Positions 55,545 to 64,000 of a stretch of 64,000 nt of DNA are shown here, piece by piece (the first letter of the stretch is position 1; every line of letters starts with the position of its first letter). The position numbers and the translations under genes were made by a program. The notes below the pieces were generated by a model that searched no databases, was not told the DNA's origin, and worked only from the letters and a program-made list of their open reading frames with translations. This DNA comes from Vampirovibrio chlorellavorus. GTDB taxonomy: Bacteria; Cyanobacteriota; Vampirovibrionia; Vampirovibrionales; Vampirovibrionaceae. The DNA lies in assembly GCA_001858525.1 (NCBI GenBank), contig LAPX01000008.1:78138-142137 (forward strand), in the 5' to 3' direction.

Positions 55545-56080
55545 TCCCAAAATCATAGTAGAGAAGAATAGCGAAAACCGGAACCATGCGGTCCCGGCTC
55601 TCAGAGTTCCACTTACCCCAGCCCATCAGTCTACCCTACTCTACTCAAAGCCAATCCATCGTTTCACTGAAGGCGACGTGCGGTATGACCGCGTTAAATA
55701 AACGCCGGATTCAATGAATCTTGGGATATTGCTTATAAGCGTGGGGTTCAGCCCATCGCTTGGGGAAACCACACAAGGGGAATTCACACAACGTGAAATC
55801 AGGATGAATTTTTCAAGCGGTCCTGCCTCTCTGCCCAATAACCAATATCTCTCACCACAATAAATGCCAGGCCAAAGCCTATAAACTGTCCTTGCAATTG
55901 CATAAAAACAATCATTTAAGATCTGATGTTAGTCTTTTCACAATTAGTTACAAACGGACGCACAACGGGGCTCTGCTATTGGATTTGCTTAACTGCGGTT
56001 CCGGATGGTATTTCCCGCATACCCGATCGATGCTGAATGGGCGATAATATCGGCAAGAACTGTTGCTGAGGATGTGAAGT

Positions 56081-57382
56081 ATGAAGGCTGAAATTATCGC
56101 CGTGGGCAGCGAGTTGTTAATGGGCGATGTGATCAACTCCAACGCCGCCTGGATTTCCCGTGAACTGGCCGCTTTGGGGGTGGATGTGCATTACCACGTC
56201 ACGGTGGGAGACAACCCGGCCCGCATTCAGGGCATTATGGCCCAGGCCTGTGAGCGCTCCGAGTTGCTGATTTTTACGGGCGGTTTAGGCCCCACCGATG
56301 ATGATTTGACCATTGGCACCATTGCTGATTTTTTCAAGACGCCGGTGGTGGTCGATCCAGAATCGGCAGAGACCATTCGCAACCGCTTTATCGCCCGGGG
56401 CATGCCCATGTCGCCCAGTAATCTCAAGCAGGCTCAAAAACCACAGGGAGCAGAAACAGTCAAAAACCCGCTGGGCACCGCTCCCGGCATCGCATGGCAA
56501 GTGGCTGCCCACACTGGCAAACCCATCCAATTGCTGACCTTTCCCGGCGTACCCAAGGAGCTTTACGCCATGTGGCCCCAAGGGGCGGACTGGATTCGTC
56601 GCTGGCAGGCTGAGGCCGGGGAGGCATCGCCGGTGTTGGTGGCCCGGTATCTGCACTTTTTTGGCATTGGAGAATCCAAGCTGGGAGAATTACTCAGCGA
56701 TTTGATGCAATCGAGCAACCCCACGGTGGCCCCCTATGTGGGCCGGGCGGAGGTGAAGATCCGGGTGGCGGCCAAGGCCGAAAATGCCCAAGGCGCCGAG
56801 GCACTCATTGACGCTATGAGCGCTGAAATTGTAAGACGCTGCCCCGATTATTACTTTGGGGCGGACGAGACCACTTTGGAGACTTACGTAGCTGGTTTGC
56901 TGCTGCAAAAACAGTACCGGGTAGCCGTGGCGGAATCCTGCACCGGGGGACTGCTTAGCAGTCGCTTGACCGATGTGCCGGGCAGCAGTGCCTACACCCA
57001 TCTGAATGTGGTGACCTATAGCAATGCGGAAAAGACGCGCTTACTGGGGGTGCCTGAGGAGACGCTGGAAGCACACGGGGCGGTCAGTCCCCAGGTGGCC
57101 CAGGCCATGGCTCAGGGGCTGCTCTCGTTCAGCGGGGCCGATGTGGCGTTGTCTATCACGGGCATTGCCGGACCCGATGGCGGCAGCGAAGAAAAGCCGG
57201 TGGGCTTGGCCTATATTGGCATCGCCCAGAGGGAATCCGTCCAAGGGAAAAATGTGTGGATTAAAAAGGTGCTGGTGAACGGTCGAAATAATCGACAGGA
57301 CATTAAGCACTGGTTCACCCAGTATGCCCTCAATTACCTGGCCCAAGCTTTGCAAGGCAAACTGGAATCCGATTTCCCTTAG
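56081..57382 (+). CDS. cinA: competence/damage-inducible protein CinA (MoCF-like domain plus nicotinamide-nucleotide amidohydrolase PncC domain)
   Basis: 433 aa; MKAEIIAVGSELLMGDVINSNAAWIS N-terminus and AVAESCTGGLLSSRLTDVPGSS in the C-terminal CinA domain. Confidence 0.9.
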   Translation: MKAEIIAVGSELLMGDVINSNAAWISRELAALGVDVHYHVTVGDNPARIQGIMAQACERSELLIFTGGLGPTDDDLTIGTIADFFKTPVVVDPESAETIRNRFIARGMPMSPSNLKQAQKPQGAETVKNPLGTAPGIAWQVAAHTGKPIQLLTFPGVPKELYAMWPQGADWIRRWQAEAGEASPVLVARYLHFFGIGESKLGELLSDLMQSSNPTVAPYVGRAEVKIRVAAKAENAQGAEALIDAMSAEIVRRCPDYYFGADETTLETYVAGLLLQKQYRVAVAESCTGGLLSSRLTDVPGSSAYTHLNVVTYSNAEKTRLLGVPEETLEAHGAVSPQVAQAMAQGLLSFSGADVALSITGIAGPDGGSEEKPVGLAYIGIAQRESVQGKNVWIKKVLVNGRNNRQDIKHWFTQYALNYLAQALQGKLESDFP

Positions 57383-57431
57383 ATAGCCTCACCACTATTT
57401 TAGCGGGAGCATCTTTACAATCTTTCTCTGA

Positions 57432-57454
57432 ATTCCCGCCTGCGCGGGAATGAC
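57432..57454. repeat. palindromic repeat ATTCCCGC-CTGC-GCGGGAAT(GAC), copy 1
   Basis: 8-bp stem and 4-nt loop read directly. Same element at 59948-59970 (inverted) and 60070-60092. Confidence 0.9.
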
Positions 57455-57532
57455 AGAATGCGACAGCACGGGCGGAAATATGACACCCAGGCTTTGCCGC
57501 TTCAACATTTTGAATCGAAGGCGTGGGGAGGC

Positions 57533-57603
57533 CTGGAGGGGGACAGCGCTGGCGCTGGACTCTGTGCCCCCTCCAGTGGGGGTTACAGGGGGCAAAGCCC
57601 CCT
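57533..57603. repeat. GC-rich nested hairpins in the cinA-htpG spacer
   Basis: ctggaggggg (57533-57542) pairs with ccccctccag (57567-57576) around an inner cagcgc/gcgctg palindrome. A gggggc-aaa-gccccc hairpin follows at 57588-57602. Confidence 0.7.
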
Positions 57604-57788
57604 TGAAGTACTAAGAGCAAAAAGGGCAGAGCCCCTTAAAAGGAAAGAGAAGGCTATAAAAGGGCAGCGCCCTTGAGATCTAAAAATGCAATTCTTAAAA
57701 AAGACTTAAGTTCAGCCAGAATGAGGGGCAACTCATCTTATAATACTCGCAGCAAATTCCGTGTTGAATTGAAGGAGTTTATTCACCC

Positions 57789-59741
57789 ATGACCACTGCC
57801 TCCGTGGAACGTCACACATTTCAGGCTGAAACCAAGGAACTGCTGGATTTAATGATCCACGCCATTTACTCCAACAAAGATATTTTCCTGCGGGAGCTGA
57901 TTTCCAACGCGTCAGACGCCATCGACAAGCTAAAGTTTGAATCCCTGACCAACCCGGATTTGCCCAAGGTGGATGAGCCCCGCATTTTGCTGATTCCCAA
58001 CGCGGACGCCAAAACCCTGACCATTGAGGACAACGGCATTGGCATGTCCCGTGAGGATGTAGTGAACCTGATTGGCACCATCGCCAAATCTGGGACACGG
58101 GAATTTATGGGAGCCTTGAAGGAACGCAAGCAACAGCACGGAGAAGTCTCTCCGGAGTTGATTGGCCAGTTTGGGGTGGGTTTTTATTCCACGTTTATGG
58201 TGGCCGATAAAGTAACTCTGGAAACCCGCAAGGCCGGTGAAGAACACGGCACCCGGTGGGAATCCTCCGGCGATGGCACTTACACCATTGAGCCGGTGGA
58301 GCGGGCCAGCCACGGCACCAGTATTACCCTGCACCTGAAGGCCGAAGACGTGGAAGACGGCCTGAACAACTACACCAGCGAATGGCCCATTAAATCCATC
58401 GTCAAAAAATATTCGGATTTTGTGAACTACCCCATTCAAATGGATGTCACCCACACCGAGTATGACCGGGACGCCGAGGGCAAGGTCATTGAGGGTTCAG
58501 CCAAAACCAGCGTGAAGCGGGAAACCCTGAACTCCATGAAGGCCATCTGGATTCGCCCGGAAAGCGAAGTGAGCGAGGACGAGTACAAAGAGTTCTACAA
58601 GCACATTTCCCACGATTGGCATGAGCCGCTGCGTTGGTTCCGCATGTCCATGGAAGGCACGTTTGAGGCCCGCGCTTTGCTGTACATTCCCGAAAAGGCG
58701 CCGCAAGATCTGTTCTACCGGGAAGGCAAGCGGGGCGTGCAGTTGTACGTCAAGCGGGTTTTCATCATGGATGACTGCAAGGAGCTGATGCCCGATTATC
58801 TGCGCTTTATCAAGGGCGTGGTGGATTCCGAGGATCTCAGCCTGAATATTTCCCGGGAAATTTTGCAGCAAAACCGCCAGATTCGGGCCATTCGTAACCG
58901 TTTGGTCAAAAAAGTACTGGGCACCCTGGAAGACATGGCCACCAGCAACACTGAGCAATATCTGCAATTCTGGGGCGAGTTTGGCCGGGTAATCAAGGAA
59001 GGTCTGTACGAGGATCGGGAAAATCAGGAGACCTTATTGGGCTTGCTGAAGCTGGGTTCCACCCAGTCTGCTTCTGAGCTGACCACCTTGAAGGATTACG
59101 TTTCCCGCATGAAACCGGGTCAGGATAAAATTTATTTTGCCGCCGGTGAAGATCGCAAAACCATCGAAAACTCTCCACACCTGGAAGCCTTCCGGGACAA
59201 GGGTTACGAGGTCCTGTTACTGACCGATCCGGTGGATGAAATCTGGACCCAATCGGTTTATAAATTTGGTGAGTTTGAACTGCAGTCCGTGGGCAAAGGT
59301 ACCGTGGAACTGGGCACAGAGGAAGAGAAAAAACAGGCCGAGCAGGCACTGGAAGAAAAAGGCAAAACCTTCGGCGATTTGCTGGGCGCTATGAAATCCC
59401 AATTGGGTGAGTACGTGAAAGAGGTACGCCTATCCAGCCGGTTGACCTCTTCCCCGTCTTGTCTGGTGGGCAATGCCTCGGATTTATCCCCGCAGATGGA
59501 GCAACTGCTGAAATCGATGAATCAGCCGGTGCCCGAGAGCAAGCGCATTTTGGAGATCAATCCCAACCACCCCTTCAACCAGAAGTTGCAGGCCCTCTTT
59601 GCCGCCAATCAACAGGATGCCGCCTTGGCCGACTACAGTTATTTGCTGTATGGGCAAGCCCTGTTGGCGGAAGGCAGCCCCCTGCCAGAGCCCGCCAAAT
59701 TCAGCAAGCTGATGACCGATTTACTGGTGAAAGCCCTTTAA
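57789..59741 (+). CDS. htpG: molecular chaperone HtpG (Hsp90)
   Basis: 650 aa; FQAETKELLDLMIHAIYSNKDIFLRELISNASDAIDK and GQFGVGFYS signatures. Confidence 0.97.
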   Translation: MTTASVERHTFQAETKELLDLMIHAIYSNKDIFLRELISNASDAIDKLKFESLTNPDLPKVDEPRILLIPNADAKTLTIEDNGIGMSREDVVNLIGTIAKSGTREFMGALKERKQQHGEVSPELIGQFGVGFYSTFMVADKVTLETRKAGEEHGTRWESSGDGTYTIEPVERASHGTSITLHLKAEDVEDGLNNYTSEWPIKSIVKKYSDFVNYPIQMDVTHTEYDRDAEGKVIEGSAKTSVKRETLNSMKAIWIRPESEVSEDEYKEFYKHISHDWHEPLRWFRMSMEGTFEARALLYIPEKAPQDLFYREGKRGVQLYVKRVFIMDDCKELMPDYLRFIKGVVDSEDLSLNISREILQQNRQIRAIRNRLVKKVLGTLEDMATSNTEQYLQFWGEFGRVIKEGLYEDRENQETLLGLLKLGSTQSASELTTLKDYVSRMKPGQDKIYFAAGEDRKTIENSPHLEAFRDKGYEVLLLTDPVDEIWTQSVYKFGEFELQSVGKGTVELGTEEEKKQAEQALEEKGKTFGDLLGAMKSQLGEYVKEVRLSSRLTSSPSCLVGNASDLSPQMEQLLKSMNQPVPESKRILEINPNHPFNQKLQALFAANQQDAALADYSYLLYGQALLAEGSPLPEPAKFSKLMTDLLVKAL

Positions 59742-59789
59742 GGAAAGGCGCTTTCCTTCATTGCCGGTCAACGGTATTTAACCCTTCCC

Positions 59790-59827
59790 AAAACGCCGAT
59801 TCCAGTCCCGGGATCGGCGTTTTTTTC
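59790..59827 (+). terminator. rho-independent terminator after htpG
   Basis: aaaacgccgat-tccagtcccggg-atcggcgttttttt. Confidence 0.75.
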
Positions 59828-59947
59828 ATTCCTTCGTTTTCTCACGTAAATTAAAAAGGAGTGATTAACCAGAGAAGGCCGTGGATTCTTGTCTGGATGA
59901 AACAGTACTGCTATTTTTTAACGGAATCATCCCCGAATGCGATATTT

Positions 59948-59970
59948 GTCATTCCCGCGCAGGCGGGAAT
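59948..59970. repeat. palindromic repeat (GTC)ATTCCCGC-GCAG-GCGGGAAT, copy 2 (opposite orientation)
   Basis: Reverse complement of the copy 1 and copy 3 sequence. Confidence 0.9.
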
Positions 59971-60069
59971 CCAATGTTCACAACTGCGTTTGATGGTTTG
60001 ATGCCTTCATTGTTTCTGTATGAATCCCTGGACAGCACTTTTAAGATTTGTAGTGCCAAGGCGAAGTGG

Positions 60070-60092
60070 ATTCCCGCCTGCGCGGGAATGAC
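60070..60092. repeat. palindromic repeat ATTCCCGC-CTGC-GCGGGAAT(GAC), copy 3
   Basis: Identical to copy 1. With copy 2 it forms an inverted pair separated by about 100 bp. Confidence 0.9.
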
Positions 60093-60235
60093 AGGGCGTT
60101 TTATTGTGAGCGTGACAGGGAATTTTCCAGAGGAATGGCAGGGCATTTTATTGTGGTAAAAGCACACGCTGTCATTCGTTTTTCACATTCAGCGTTGTAT
60201 AGTGAAGCCAAGCAATTCAAGTGGTTTTTAATTAA

Positions 60236-61555
60236 TTGATTCAGCCCCACCGGGAATCCGGCAGGCTGAAGCATAACGCGGCAAGTCAATATTGCTCAAA
60301 ATTGGACATGGCCAAAATTGGAAGTGACCAAAAAATGTACGTGAAAGGTTTGCAGATGGACGTGTTGAATTTACAGGGATCAGGGCTCAAAAAATCAGTT
60401 TGGAGAACAGGCAAACAACCCGTCCAGAGCGCGCATCCCCCCATCCGATTAACCCCTCATCGATTTCAAAGCGGAATCCGCAGCGAGTCGGGCAGCGGTG
60501 AGTTTGTCAGCGGAGATCGCTTTCAAAAAAACAGTTCAACCAAACCCGTGTTGCTCTCGCTGGATATTGACGGCACGCTGATTCCCTGGCGCAAGGAGCC
60601 CGCGTTGGATGAACTGGCCTTGGCTCGCTATCAAAAAGCCCTGCAAAATCCAGAATGGCGACAAAATAGCTTTGTCATTCTCAATACCGGACGCAGCCTG
60701 ATGGCTATCCGTGCCTTGGCCCCGTTGCTCAATCAGTTTCCCGTGGATGCCTTGGGGTTGAATGACGGTCAGCAATTGTTTATCCGCCCGCATGAAAAAA
60801 AGTCCAACGCCATGCAAGCACCAAACAGTCAGCAGTGGCTGAGCAACTTGCGCGGCAAGGACAAGGATGCCGACTGGAAAGTGAACCTGAAGGGCTGGTC
60901 CACGGTGAAGGTGTTAAAAGCCGTGCGAGACACTTTGCAAGATCTGGGTTTTCAGCAAGTCAGCGGACCGGGTCAAAAAAATCCTTTTGCCCAGCATCAA
61001 AATTTTTATGTGTTCACCCAGCCGGTCAACCCACGTCAGCCAGAAGCCGGTCAATGGGTGGTGCAAGTGCGCCCGGAGCAGGCCTTTTTTGAAATCAGCC
61101 GATCCGATGAGCAAGCCACCCGAGAGGAGATTGCCGAATTTGCCAGCACCTTGAGTGAACAATTACGAAACGCTTTGCAACCCCAGTGGCCGCAACTGCA
61201 CTTGTACGCCAACAATTCCCCCAAGTGGAGCAATGTACATCTGGGGCCCCAGGGCATCCACAAAGCTGCCTTGCTGGATTATCTGCTAAAAACCCGCATG
61301 CCGGAAAAACCGGTGGCCATCATTTCTGCGGGCGATAGCACCAACGATATTGAATTACTGTCGGCCCATCAACTCCAAGGAGTTCCCAATTATCCGGTGC
61401 TGGTCGGTAAAAATCCACGGGCCGAATCCGCCATCCGAAAAAATGCGCCGCCTCAACTGGAACAAGTGCCCTGGAATCATCTGGATGAAGGTTTGAGCAG
61501 ACAGTTCGCCAAACTGAAACCGTGGCTGAAGCAGGAGAAGACATCCGTAGAGTAA
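60236..61555 (+). CDS. HAD-superfamily subfamily IIB phosphatase with N-terminal extension
   Basis: Motif I LSLDIDGTLIPW, motif II ILNTGRS, motif IV SAGDSTNDIELL. The roughly 110-aa N-terminal region has no match. Start uncertain (TTG 60236; ATG 60308 is possible). Confidence 0.7.
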   Translation: MIQPHRESGRLKHNAASQYCSKLDMAKIGSDQKMYVKGLQMDVLNLQGSGLKKSVWRTGKQPVQSAHPPIRLTPHRFQSGIRSESGSGEFVSGDRFQKNSSTKPVLLSLDIDGTLIPWRKEPALDELALARYQKALQNPEWRQNSFVILNTGRSLMAIRALAPLLNQFPVDALGLNDGQQLFIRPHEKKSNAMQAPNSQQWLSNLRGKDKDADWKVNLKGWSTVKVLKAVRDTLQDLGFQQVSGPGQKNPFAQHQNFYVFTQPVNPRQPEAGQWVVQVRPEQAFFEISRSDEQATREEIAEFASTLSEQLRNALQPQWPQLHLYANNSPKWSNVHLGPQGIHKAALLDYLLKTRMPEKPVAIISAGDSTNDIELLSAHQLQGVPNYPVLVGKNPRAESAIRKNAPPQLEQVPWNHLDEGLSRQFAKLKPWLKQEKTSVE

Positions 61556-61699
61556 GAGCGGAATCAAAGCTTTTTGATGAGTGGGTTGTAAGGGCGAAGG
61601 CACTGGGCAACCAGCACGAGCCCATTAATACCAGAGATAGTAGCGTTCGAGAGGCTCGACTGATTCTAAAAATTTGAAACGAGAGGGGAAAATGAGCGA

Positions 61700-61739
61700 C
61701 CGACCGCCTGTGAATCCGGGCTGTCGGTTTTTCTTTTTC
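61700..61739 (+). terminator. rho-independent terminator between the convergent HAD and response-regulator genes
   Basis: ccgaccgcc-tgtgaatccg-ggctgtcgg (one C-T mismatch), followed by tttttcttttt. Confidence 0.55.
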
Positions 61740-61754
61740 CGCTGATAATACTGA

Positions 61755-62435
61755 TTATAAATTGGCTTCCAGCGCCCAGACAATGGCTTCCGCCCGGCTG
61801 CTCACCCCAATTTTATGATAAATACTGTACAGGTGATTCTGCACCGTTTTGGGGCTGACCACCAATAAATCGGCCAGTTTTTGATTGGTGTACCCTTTGC
61901 TCAGGGCCCGCAACACTTCCTGTTCCCGCTCGGTCAGTGCCTCCAGACTTTGCCCGGTGGGACTGCGATGATGCTGATTCAGCTTGCCTGCCAACTCCTC
62001 GGACAAGCTCAGGAACTCGCCGGCCTGCACTTTGCGCAAGGCTTCCACCAGCGCTTCAATCTGAATATCCTTCAGCAGAAAGCCCTTCACCGGCAGATCC
62101 AGGCATTTTTTCATAACATGCGGATCGTCCTGATTGCTGAGGATGATGATTTTGGCTTGCGGCCACGTGGTCAAAATGGCTCGGCTGGATTCGTACCCAC
62201 TCACTTTGGGTAAGTTAATATCCATCAGAATAATATCAGGCTTGTGGGCCAGGGCCTGAACCACAGCCGCTTCCCCGTCTCCCGCTTCTCCGCACACATG
62301 CAAGCCCCCGTGTAATTCCAGCAACTGGCGCATGCCTTGTCGCAAAATAGGGTGATCATCGACCAGCAAAATGCGGATGGGGGTCGGATCGAGTCGCTGC
62401 AGGTTGATTTCGTATGACATGGATGTAGTGCTCAT
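61755..62435 (-). CDS. NarL/FixJ-family response regulator (REC plus LuxR-type HTH)
   Basis: 226 aa; ILLVDDHPILRQG, DIILMDINLP, and LTEREQEVLRALSKGYTNQKLADLLVVSPKTVQNHLYSIYHKIGV. Confidence 0.92.
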   Translation of the reverse strand: MSTTSMSYEINLQRLDPTPIRILLVDDHPILRQGMRQLLELHGGLHVCGEAGDGEAAVVQALAHKPDIILMDINLPKVSGYESSRAILTTWPQAKIIILSNQDDPHVMKKCLDLPVKGFLLKDIQIEALVEALRKVQAGEFLSLSEELAGKLNQHHRSPTGQSLEALTEREQEVLRALSKGYTNQKLADLLVVSPKTVQNHLYSIYHKIGVSSRAEAIVWALEANL

Positions 62436-63745
62436 GATTGAATCTGAATCTCCAGAATGGCCCCAGGGGCATTGGCCCGATTGCGTAAACTGAACGTGCC
62501 ACCCAAAACCTTGACCCGCTCCTTCAAGCCCACAATACCCAAGTGCCCTTCCTGAATCAAGCGATCATCGGAAGGAATCTCCGGCCAGGGCAGCCCTTGT
62601 CCGTTGTCCTCAATTTGAATTTGCAATTGCACCCCGCTGATCGCCGTGACGGTTTCCGTTACAGTTACCGAAATAGTGCTGGCCTGAGCGTGCTTGAGGG
62701 CGTTCCGGGTGCCCTCCTGAATGACCCGAAACAGGTGCAGCAATTGCTGATCGCTGAGTAGTTTCTCCATGCGCGTGTTGTTTTCAAACCCGGGCAAGGA
62801 CACAAACTGAAATCGAAGTTTGGTGTCCTGAGTTTGGGTTTGCAGCTTTTCCATAAAATGTTCCAGCGCGGGAATCAGCCCCAGGGCAAACAACGATTCC
62901 GGGCGCAAATTGCCGCTGATTTGACGCACACTTTTCAACGCCTCAGAAACACTGCCGCTCATGGCGATCAATTGAGACTGGGCCTGTTGCAGGCCCGCAG
63001 GGTCATCAGGATGACTCGCTTCCAACGCCTTGCGGCACAGTTGCACCTGAATATTCAAAAAGCTCAATTGCTGGGCCACGTCATCGTGCAGCTCCCGCGA
63101 AATATTGACCCGTTCTGATTCCACATGCTCATCCAGACTCATCAGGGCCTGATTCAGATTTTTATTGGTACTACTGAGGCGCTGGTTCAGCGATTGAATA
63201 CTGCCCCGCGTTTTCACCATCCAGGGAATCCACTGGAAAAAACCGTAAGCAAACAGGCCAATGCCCGTGGTGTAGCCAATGGTTTTTTTGATAAAAGCCC
63301 GTTGCCAACTCGGCCCAAAGGGAAAACTAACTTGGCCCAGGGCGCACACCTGCGGCGGATCATCCAGAATGTCCATCCAAGTGCCAAACATCAGGAGGCC
63401 CATGCCCCACAAAATGCTATTCCAACCAAAGTGGCGAATGTGCGGATACTTTTTGCCGTAATACAGGCAAAAAATAAAAATGGTGGTCACCACACCCGCG
63501 TGAACGCCTTCCAGCAGCAGGGTGTTCAGGCCCAATTCACTGTCGATGTAGGCCAGTAACCCGCCTATGAGAAAAAACAGGAACACGGGCAACATCACAT
63601 GTTTCTCAGGTAAAGGAACGGAGGGGGCGCTCATGCGAAAACCGCTTTCCTTTAGGGTTTGCCAATTCATGATAGAAAGTAATGTATTCATGCTTACTCT
63701 AAAACGGAAGGGTTTGGTTTTTAAATAGGCAAATTTTCCTATCAC
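62432..63745 (-). CDS. membrane sensor histidine kinase (HisKA_3 / NarX-LiaS type)
   Basis: 437 aa; N-terminal polytopic region, H-box ISRELHDDVAQQLSFL, and HATPase motifs (RNALKHA, EDNGQGL, GHLGIVGLKERV). 4-nt overlap with the response-regulator gene. Confidence 0.9.
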   Translation of the reverse strand: MIGKFAYLKTKPFRFRVSMNTLLSIMNWQTLKESGFRMSAPSVPLPEKHVMLPVFLFFLIGGLLAYIDSELGLNTLLLEGVHAGVVTTIFIFCLYYGKKYPHIRHFGWNSILWGMGLLMFGTWMDILDDPPQVCALGQVSFPFGPSWQRAFIKKTIGYTTGIGLFAYGFFQWIPWMVKTRGSIQSLNQRLSSTNKNLNQALMSLDEHVESERVNISRELHDDVAQQLSFLNIQVQLCRKALEASHPDDPAGLQQAQSQLIAMSGSVSEALKSVRQISGNLRPESLFALGLIPALEHFMEKLQTQTQDTKLRFQFVSLPGFENNTRMEKLLSDQQLLHLFRVIQEGTRNALKHAQASTISVTVTETVTAISGVQLQIQIEDNGQGLPWPEIPSDDRLIQEGHLGIVGLKERVKVLGGTFSLRNRANAPGAILEIQIQS

Positions 63746-63850
63746 GCCAGTAGCACAAAAAACGATGTTCCTCTTTTATATAGGCAACTTCACCAAATCC
63801 CACCTTTCAAGTCACCTTTATACAGGCAAATCAGCGAGGCGTTTTGGGTC

Positions 63851-64000
63851 ATGGGTTACGCTTACAATTTCAACCCAAACTATCCCTACCAGCGGCCACA
63901 AACCATGGCTGCTGCCAGCGTGTCTCCGTATGGTCGACCGGCTGCGCCTGCGCCTTACGGTCAGCCCTTCGCACCAGTAGCTTCTTCGTACGGTCGGCCG
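63851..64000 (+). CDS. partial ORF, Pro/Tyr/Gly/Ala-rich low-complexity N-terminus (continues beyond window)
   Basis: Own translation: MGYAYNFNPNYPYQRPQTMAAASVSPYGRPAAPAPYGQPFAPVASSYGRP. Open to the window end. Weak SD. Confidence 0.35.
   Translation, partial: MGYAYNFNPNYPYQRPQTMAAASVSPYGRPAAPAPYGQPFAPVASSYGRP

Noticed and set aside
55967-56000. ggggctctgctattggatttgc resembles the 5' end of tmRNA (GGGGCUGAUUCUGGAUUCGAC)
   Set aside because: cinA starts only about 110 nt downstream. No tag reading frame, pseudoknots, T-arm or CCA-proximal acceptor strand can be found, so neither a one-piece nor a permuted tmRNA fits.
57330-57676. Track ORFs across the cinA-htpG spacer (e.g. ...SHSVIPAQAGIQRK...), and 59881-60167 downstream of htpG
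   Set aside because: Their only distinctive peptide segments are translations of the ATTCCCGCCTGCGCGGGAAT palindrome and the GC-rich hairpins. They are repeat-derived pseudo-ORFs.
57432-60092. Interpreting the ATTCCC-N8-GGGAAT repeats as genuine Neisseria dRS3 elements or evidence of horizontal transfer
   Set aside because: Only the short palindrome pattern matches. The flanking sequence, gene content and codon usage are native to this window, so the match is treated as convergent or generic REP-like.

Overview
This is a densely coding 64-kb bacterial chromosomal segment. Both strands are used, intergenic gaps are short, and many genes are preceded by AAGGAG-type Shine-Dalgarno sites.

The backbone is housekeeping:
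- L-serine dehydratase sdaAB/sdaAA and dapB
- a compact minus-strand division/cell-wall block, ftsL-ftsI-murE-murC-murB-ddl-ftsQ
- rimO and yajQ
- an F-type ATP synthase operon in the cyanobacterial order (atpZ/atpI-a-c-b'-b-delta-alpha-gamma, with beta and epsilon absent)
- secA, tRNA-Ala(UGC), cinA and htpG
- a HisKA_3/NarL-type two-component pair

The accessory content is:
1. Three tandem type IV pilin-like paralogs. They share near-identical 5' ends, an 88-bp perfectly duplicated upstream region and a C-terminal WF(N/S)WN motif. A C10 homopolymer frameshifts the third copy, which makes it a candidate phase-variation switch.
2. A divergent two-partner-secretion-like pair (ShlB/FhaC-type transporter plus a Gly/Asn-rich beta-helix exoprotein), followed by a secreted retropepsin-like protease.
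3. A 7-gene, translationally coupled lipid-modification operon: desaturase, FAD oxidoreductase, DUF1365, two CFA-synthase-family methyltransferases, DUF1295 and a small membrane protein. It is reminiscent of cyclopropane/furan fatty-acid loci.
4. A block of three ORFan proteins after secA, one with a poly-Met tract.
5. A small protein with five KKRGRKP AT-hook-like repeats.
6. A methionine-aminopeptidase-fold protein with all five metal ligands replaced.
7. A short palindromic repeat family (ATTCCC-N8-GGGAAT) bracketing htpG.

No rRNA, CRISPR array, transposase or integrase was recognised. The ATP synthase gene order and the pilin style suggest a cyanobacteria-related non-photosynthetic lineage (Melainabacteria/Vampirovibrionia-like). 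That is inference only; no searches were run.
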